The notes under the pieces are model-generated. The model ran no database searches. It had not been told where the DNA came from and worked only from the letters and a program-made list of their open reading frames with translations. DNA of 62,864 nucleotides, the filler included, from Deltaproteobacteria bacterium (GTDB lineage: Bacteria > JACQOV01), in the NCBI GenBank assembly GCA_016202395.1. It is 5 parts of 5 records of this genome, joined end to end, with 100 filler letters (N's around TTAATTAATTAA, not from the genome) between each part and the next. Parts side by side here need not be neighbours in the genome. Positions count along the whole stretch, not along the records: positions 57,091 to 62,864 come from JACQOV010000063.1; 4 more parts are not named here. One strand, given 5' to 3'. Below are positions 60,412-62,864 of the stretch, piece after piece. The translations under genes and the position numbers were made by a program. Positions within the stretch are counted from its first letter, which is position 1; every line of letters begins with the position of its first letter.

Positions 60412-62697
60412 ATGATTCGCTATACTCAATGGGTTTTAAAACATCCTTTACTCACTCTTTTTATCCTCCTCGTGCCAACCCTCTATTTTACTTGGCGTTT
60501 GCCCGAGTTGGAGGTGAATAACGGTGTGGTGGCTGCATTCTCACCCGAGGACCCCGATCTTCTCTACTATCAGGATTTTTACAAAGAGTTCGGAAATGAA
60601 GAGTTCATCTGTGTTTTTTTTAACTCCGAAGATATTTTTAATTTGCAAACCCTCCAGTGGATCGATCGGATGACAAAAAGATTTGAAGAAATCCCCTATG
60701 TGGATCAAGTTTTGAGCATCACGAGTTTTGGATCGGCCTATAACCAGGAGGAGACTTTGGTGATGGGGTCTTTGGGGGATGAGTTAGGGAGCCTTCAGCC
60801 TTCCGACATGGAGAGAGTTCGAAAGCGTGTTTTGTCGGACCCGCTTTACACCAAGGCTCTTCTCCTCTCTAAGGATGGAAACGCGGTTTTTATCGCTCTC
60901 GTTTTGGAAAAGCTCTCAAGCCTCAAATATACCGGGCAAGTGGTTCAACAGGTGCGCGCCATTATAGCGGAAGAAGAAAGTAGAGAGGGGGTGGATCTCG
61001 TTATTGGAGGAACCCCTTTTTACTTGGTGGAGACTCAGAAGGCCTACATCCGAGATAATCAAGTGATGACCCCGATCTTACTTTTTGTGGTCTTTGGGGT
61101 TCTTCTCACGGTATTCCGAAATCCTTGGCTTTCGTTGACTCCTCTCGTTGTTTCTGGGCTCAGCCTGATTTGGACATTTGGTTTTGTAGTTTCTATGGGG
61201 AGGTTCGTTACACCGCTCACGGAGATTATCCTCCCTTTACTTCTTGTCTATGGCGTTCTGAATTCTGTTCATTTATTGAGCGTCTATCGTCAGGTGTATC
61301 GAAAAGGGGGTCCTTCCGAGGAGGTCGTTTTAAGGTCTCTTTCAGAGATCGCAAAGCCCTGTCTGTGGGCGAGCATCACAACCGCAATTGGGTTTTTGTC
61401 ACTCATGGCAAGTTCAGTCACTATTATCTATGAGTTCGGATTTTATTCGGCATTTGGAGTGATGGTTTCTTATTTTTTTACGTTTACGTTGCTCCCTCTA
61501 GGGCTTCACCGATGGAGATGGATCCCTTCTCCAAAAATGGAGAGACAAGGCTCTTTCGTGCAAAAAATGGTTCTCTCTTTAATCGATTTGACAGAGAAAT
61601 ATCGAAATTTTGTTTTGATGAGTGGAGTGGGAGTGATAGCCCTGTTCGCTTTCTGGGCCACGCGCATCACCGTGGACACCGATTATTTGAAGCTCTTTCG
61701 AGAGGATGCGGAGGTTATTCAAAATGAGCGATTGGCATCGAAGTGGTTTGGTTCTTGGTCCCCTTTGGAGTTCTCTATTCGCTATCGTGATGGCAGAGAC
61801 GTTCTTGAATATTCCGCGCTTCAGGAGATAGAGAAATTTCAAGGCTATCTGGAGAGCCTCCCTTCCATCGATAAAAGTTTGTCTGTGGCCGATGTTGTAA
61901 GAAAGGCGAATCAGGAGTTGCGTGGCGGAGATTCTCAATTTTACGTTATTCCTCAAGACAAGCGGGCTCTCGATCGGCTTGCTTTTTTCTTGGAGGGTTT
62001 GGGGGGTGAGCGGGGTTTGAGGAGTTATTTGAGTTCCGATAGAACCCGAATGCGAATGACCGCTCGCACCCACGTCTTGCCCTCTAAAGAGTTTGTGAAA
62101 CTTTTTGGTCAAATGGAGAGCTATATCCAACAGGAAATAGATCCCCAACTGGAGATTAAACCTACAGGAGACACCTTTCTTGGACATAAAATGACCGCTA
62201 GGATTTTAGATACCGAGATCCAAAGCTTCTCGCTCGCTTTTTTATTAATCTTTATCGTCATCCTATTGGCCTTACGATCCTGGCGGCTGGCTGTAATTGC
62301 TATCCCTCCTAATCTCTTTCCAGTGGTGATCATGTTAGGGACCATGGGGAAAATGGGGATTAGCTTAAACATCGGGACGTGCACGATCGCCTCGGTTTTG
62401 ATCTCTATGGCTGTCGATGACACCATCCATTTCCTGCACAAATTTAGAAACGAGTTAGAAAAAAAGAAAGATTGCAATGCGGCGGTGAAAGCGACCATGG
62501 AAGGGGTCGGCATTCCCATTGTTTATACCTCTCTGGTTTTGGCAGCTGGGTTTTGGGTTCTCATTTTCTCTTCTTTTGTTCCCGCTATCCACTTTGGTTT
62601 CCTCTCGGGGGTGGGAGTCTTAGGCGCTCTTCTTGGGGACGTGATTATTCTCCCCGCTTTGTTGATGTGGCTTAAACCGCGTGCCACTCTTGATTGA
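60412..62697 (+). CDS. MMPL/RND-family transporter, paralogue 2
   Basis: Collinear with paralogue 1; ASITTAIGFLSL, SMAVDDTIHF; ATG 60412 directly after upstream stop. Confidence 0.9.
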   Translation: MIRYTQWVLKHPLLTLFILLVPTLYFTWRLPELEVNNGVVAAFSPEDPDLLYYQDFYKEFGNEEFICVFFNSEDIFNLQTLQWIDRMTKRFEEIPYVDQVLSITSFGSAYNQEETLVMGSLGDELGSLQPSDMERVRKRVLSDPLYTKALLLSKDGNAVFIALVLEKLSSLKYTGQVVQQVRAIIAEEESREGVDLVIGGTPFYLVETQKAYIRDNQVMTPILLFVVFGVLLTVFRNPWLSLTPLVVSGLSLIWTFGFVVSMGRFVTPLTEIILPLLLVYGVLNSVHLLSVYRQVYRKGGPSEEVVLRSLSEIAKPCLWASITTAIGFLSLMASSVTIIYEFGFYSAFGVMVSYFFTFTLLPLGLHRWRWIPSPKMERQGSFVQKMVLSLIDLTEKYRNFVLMSGVGVIALFAFWATRITVDTDYLKLFREDAEVIQNERLASKWFGSWSPLEFSIRYRDGRDVLEYSALQEIEKFQGYLESLPSIDKSLSVADVVRKANQELRGGDSQFYVIPQDKRALDRLAFFLEGLGGERGLRSYLSSDRTRMRMTARTHVLPSKEFVKLFGQMESYIQQEIDPQLEIKPTGDTFLGHKMTARILDTEIQSFSLAFLLIFIVILLALRSWRLAVIAIPPNLFPVVIMLGTMGKMGISLNIGTCTIASVLISMAVDDTIHFLHKFRNELEKKKDCNAAVKATMEGVGIPIVYTSLVLAAGFWVLIFSSFVPAIHFGFLSGVGVLGALLGDVIILPALLMWLKPRATLD

Positions 62698-62718
62698 AAC
62701 GTATCAGATATTTTTTTC

Positions 62719-62864
62719 CGAGCGAACGTCCACGAGATTTTTGATGGATCGGTGGGAAAAGTCCACGGGGATGTTTTTTCTCGCTCCACTCGCAAGATTT
62801 TTGACCCCTCTAAGGCTCGGTCGCTCGATTTCTGAACTCGCCCCGCCAATGGCGGGGCTCAAAC
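62719..62864. repeat. Hairpin repeat family, copy E, cut by window end
   Basis: 62748-62864 is the reverse complement of 490-598; preceded by a second arm fragment gagcgaacgtccacgagatttttg also found at 56886. Confidence 0.85.

Overview
Bacterial DNA, probably a Deltaproteobacteria-like draft genome or MAG (inferred from the split atpF'-F-H-A-G-D-C operon after parAB and the phoH-HD-ybeY-lnt-prfB order). It is five contigs joined by artificial 100-nt N/TTAATTAATTAA/N linkers (15515-15614, 38410-38509, 48246-48345, 56991-57090), so adjacency across linkers means nothing. Housekeeping genes include miaB, smc, atp genes, parAB, rsmG, mnmG, mnmE, sucAB-lpdA, lipA, phoH, ybeY, lnt, prfB (programmed +1 frameshift), purS and partial argC. 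The main candidates for new biology are four. (1) A TetR-controlled operon of a metazoan-type carotenoid oxygenase, an exported protein, an SDR and a retinol-saturase-like enzyme, running into an ECF sigma module; it resembles the vertebrate vitamin A pathway. (2) An isobutyryl-CoA-mutase-type B12 enzyme next to an Ltp4/Ltp3-like cysteine-less thiolase-fold pair and two DUF35 proteins. (3) A family of long modular hairpin repeats, one with the same 36-nt insertion in both arms. (4) A membrane-anchored heme c plus beta-propeller protein. There are also four intact type II toxin-antitoxin (TA) pairs and a decayed one, two copies of a probable IS left end, REP-like palindromes (one inside ybeY), and sigma54-driven tandem MMPL transporters. 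No rRNA, tRNA or CRISPR array was seen. All family calls come from motif recognition by eye, not database searches.
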